The notes beneath the pieces were generated by a model, which was not told the DNA's origin, did no database searches, and worked only from the letters and a program-made list of their open reading frames with translations. The position numbers were made by a program, and so were the translations under genes. A DNA stretch of 32,000 bases from an uncultured Acidobacteriota bacterium (GTDB taxonomy: Bacteria; Acidobacteriota; Terriglobia; UBA7540): contig CAVQAP010000013.1 of NCBI GenBank assembly GCA_963710405.1, forward strand, positions 253,292 to 285,291, written 5' to 3'. How positions within the stretch are numbered: position 1 is the stretch's first letter; each line of letters starts with the position of its first letter. Shown here one piece after another: positions 31,688 through 32,000 of the stretch.

Positions 31688-32000
31688 ATGGGAAAACTCG
31701 AAGGCAAGTTCATTCTGATAACGGGCGCAAGCCGGGGGATCGGATTGGCGATAGCGCGAGCCCTGGGCTGTGAGGGCGCCAAGCTCATTCTGGTGGCGCG
31801 CAATCGCGGACCGCTTGCCCGCGCTGCGGCTGAGGTTCCCGGCACGGTGATGAGCATGGCCGTGGACGTGACCAAGCCCGGGGATGTAAAGCGGCTCATC
31901 GCTGCGGTGCAAAAGCAAATCCGCCGGCTTGATGTTTTGATCAACAATGCCGGTGTTTTCACTTACAAACCCTTCGCCAAAACAACTCTGGAAGATTGGA
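31688..32000 (+). CDS. Short-chain dehydrogenase/reductase (partial, runs off the window); candidate sepiapterin/pteridine reductase
   Basis: My own translation from ATG 31688: MGKLEGKFILITGASRGIGLAIARALGCEGAKLILVARN..DVLINNAGV, showing the TGxxxGxG and NNAG motifs of classical SDRs. Not in the ORF track because no stop lies inside the window. Confidence 0.8.
   Translation, partial: MGKLEGKFILITGASRGIGLAIARALGCEGAKLILVARNRGPLARAAAEVPGTVMSMAVDVTKPGDVKRLIAAVQKQIRRLDVLINNAGVFTYKPFAKTTLEDW

Noticed and set aside
30856-31962. 368-aa minus-strand ORF spanning folE and the SDR gene
   Set aside because: It is antisense to two genes with textbook motifs ([16 protein letters not shown]) and crosses their intergenic hairpin. 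It is not coding.

Overview
High-GC bacterial chromosomal window; gene content and repeat style suggest an Acidobacteriota-like soil bacterium (inference only). No rRNA, tRNA, CRISPR array, transposase or integrase was recognised. Content in order: (1) a secreted PEGA+PDZ protein. (2) A long minus-strand block: a translationally coupled hopanoid operon ispH-shc-hpnH-hpnA-hpnG, then a frameshifted yjbQ-like gene and an ABC-2 exporter pair (ATPase + permease). (3) A minus-strand HAD hydrolase / deoxyhypusine-synthase-like pair followed by a short sugar-kinase-like remnant. (4) A Crp/Fnr regulator and a YbaK-type deacylase. (5) A 2.6 kb gene-poor, locally lower-GC island holding two unrecognisable ORFs (296 aa and 208 aa), a near-consensus promoter and repeat-built non-coding DNA. 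(6) A GH78-like glycosidase. (7) A minus-strand run of three signal-peptide proteins: PEGA/Ig-like protein, 407-aa unknown, alpha/beta-hydrolase-like. (8) A beta-helix protein, a DUF2461 protein, a small ferredoxin-fold-like ORF and a CopA-type Cu ATPase with non-classical metal-binding domains. (9) A TlpA-like thioredoxin. (10) A plus-strand, partly ATGA-coupled cluster GT2 - PTPS - PTPS - FolE - SDR that looks like a biopterin-type pterin pathway. The most unusual non-genic signal is a family of intergenic elements made of degenerate tandem 7- or 8-nt words arranged as inverted arms. It occurs at six or more loci, and one copy appears to supply the start codon and N-terminus of the ABC permease. 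All functional calls come from reading motifs in the translations; no database search was possible.
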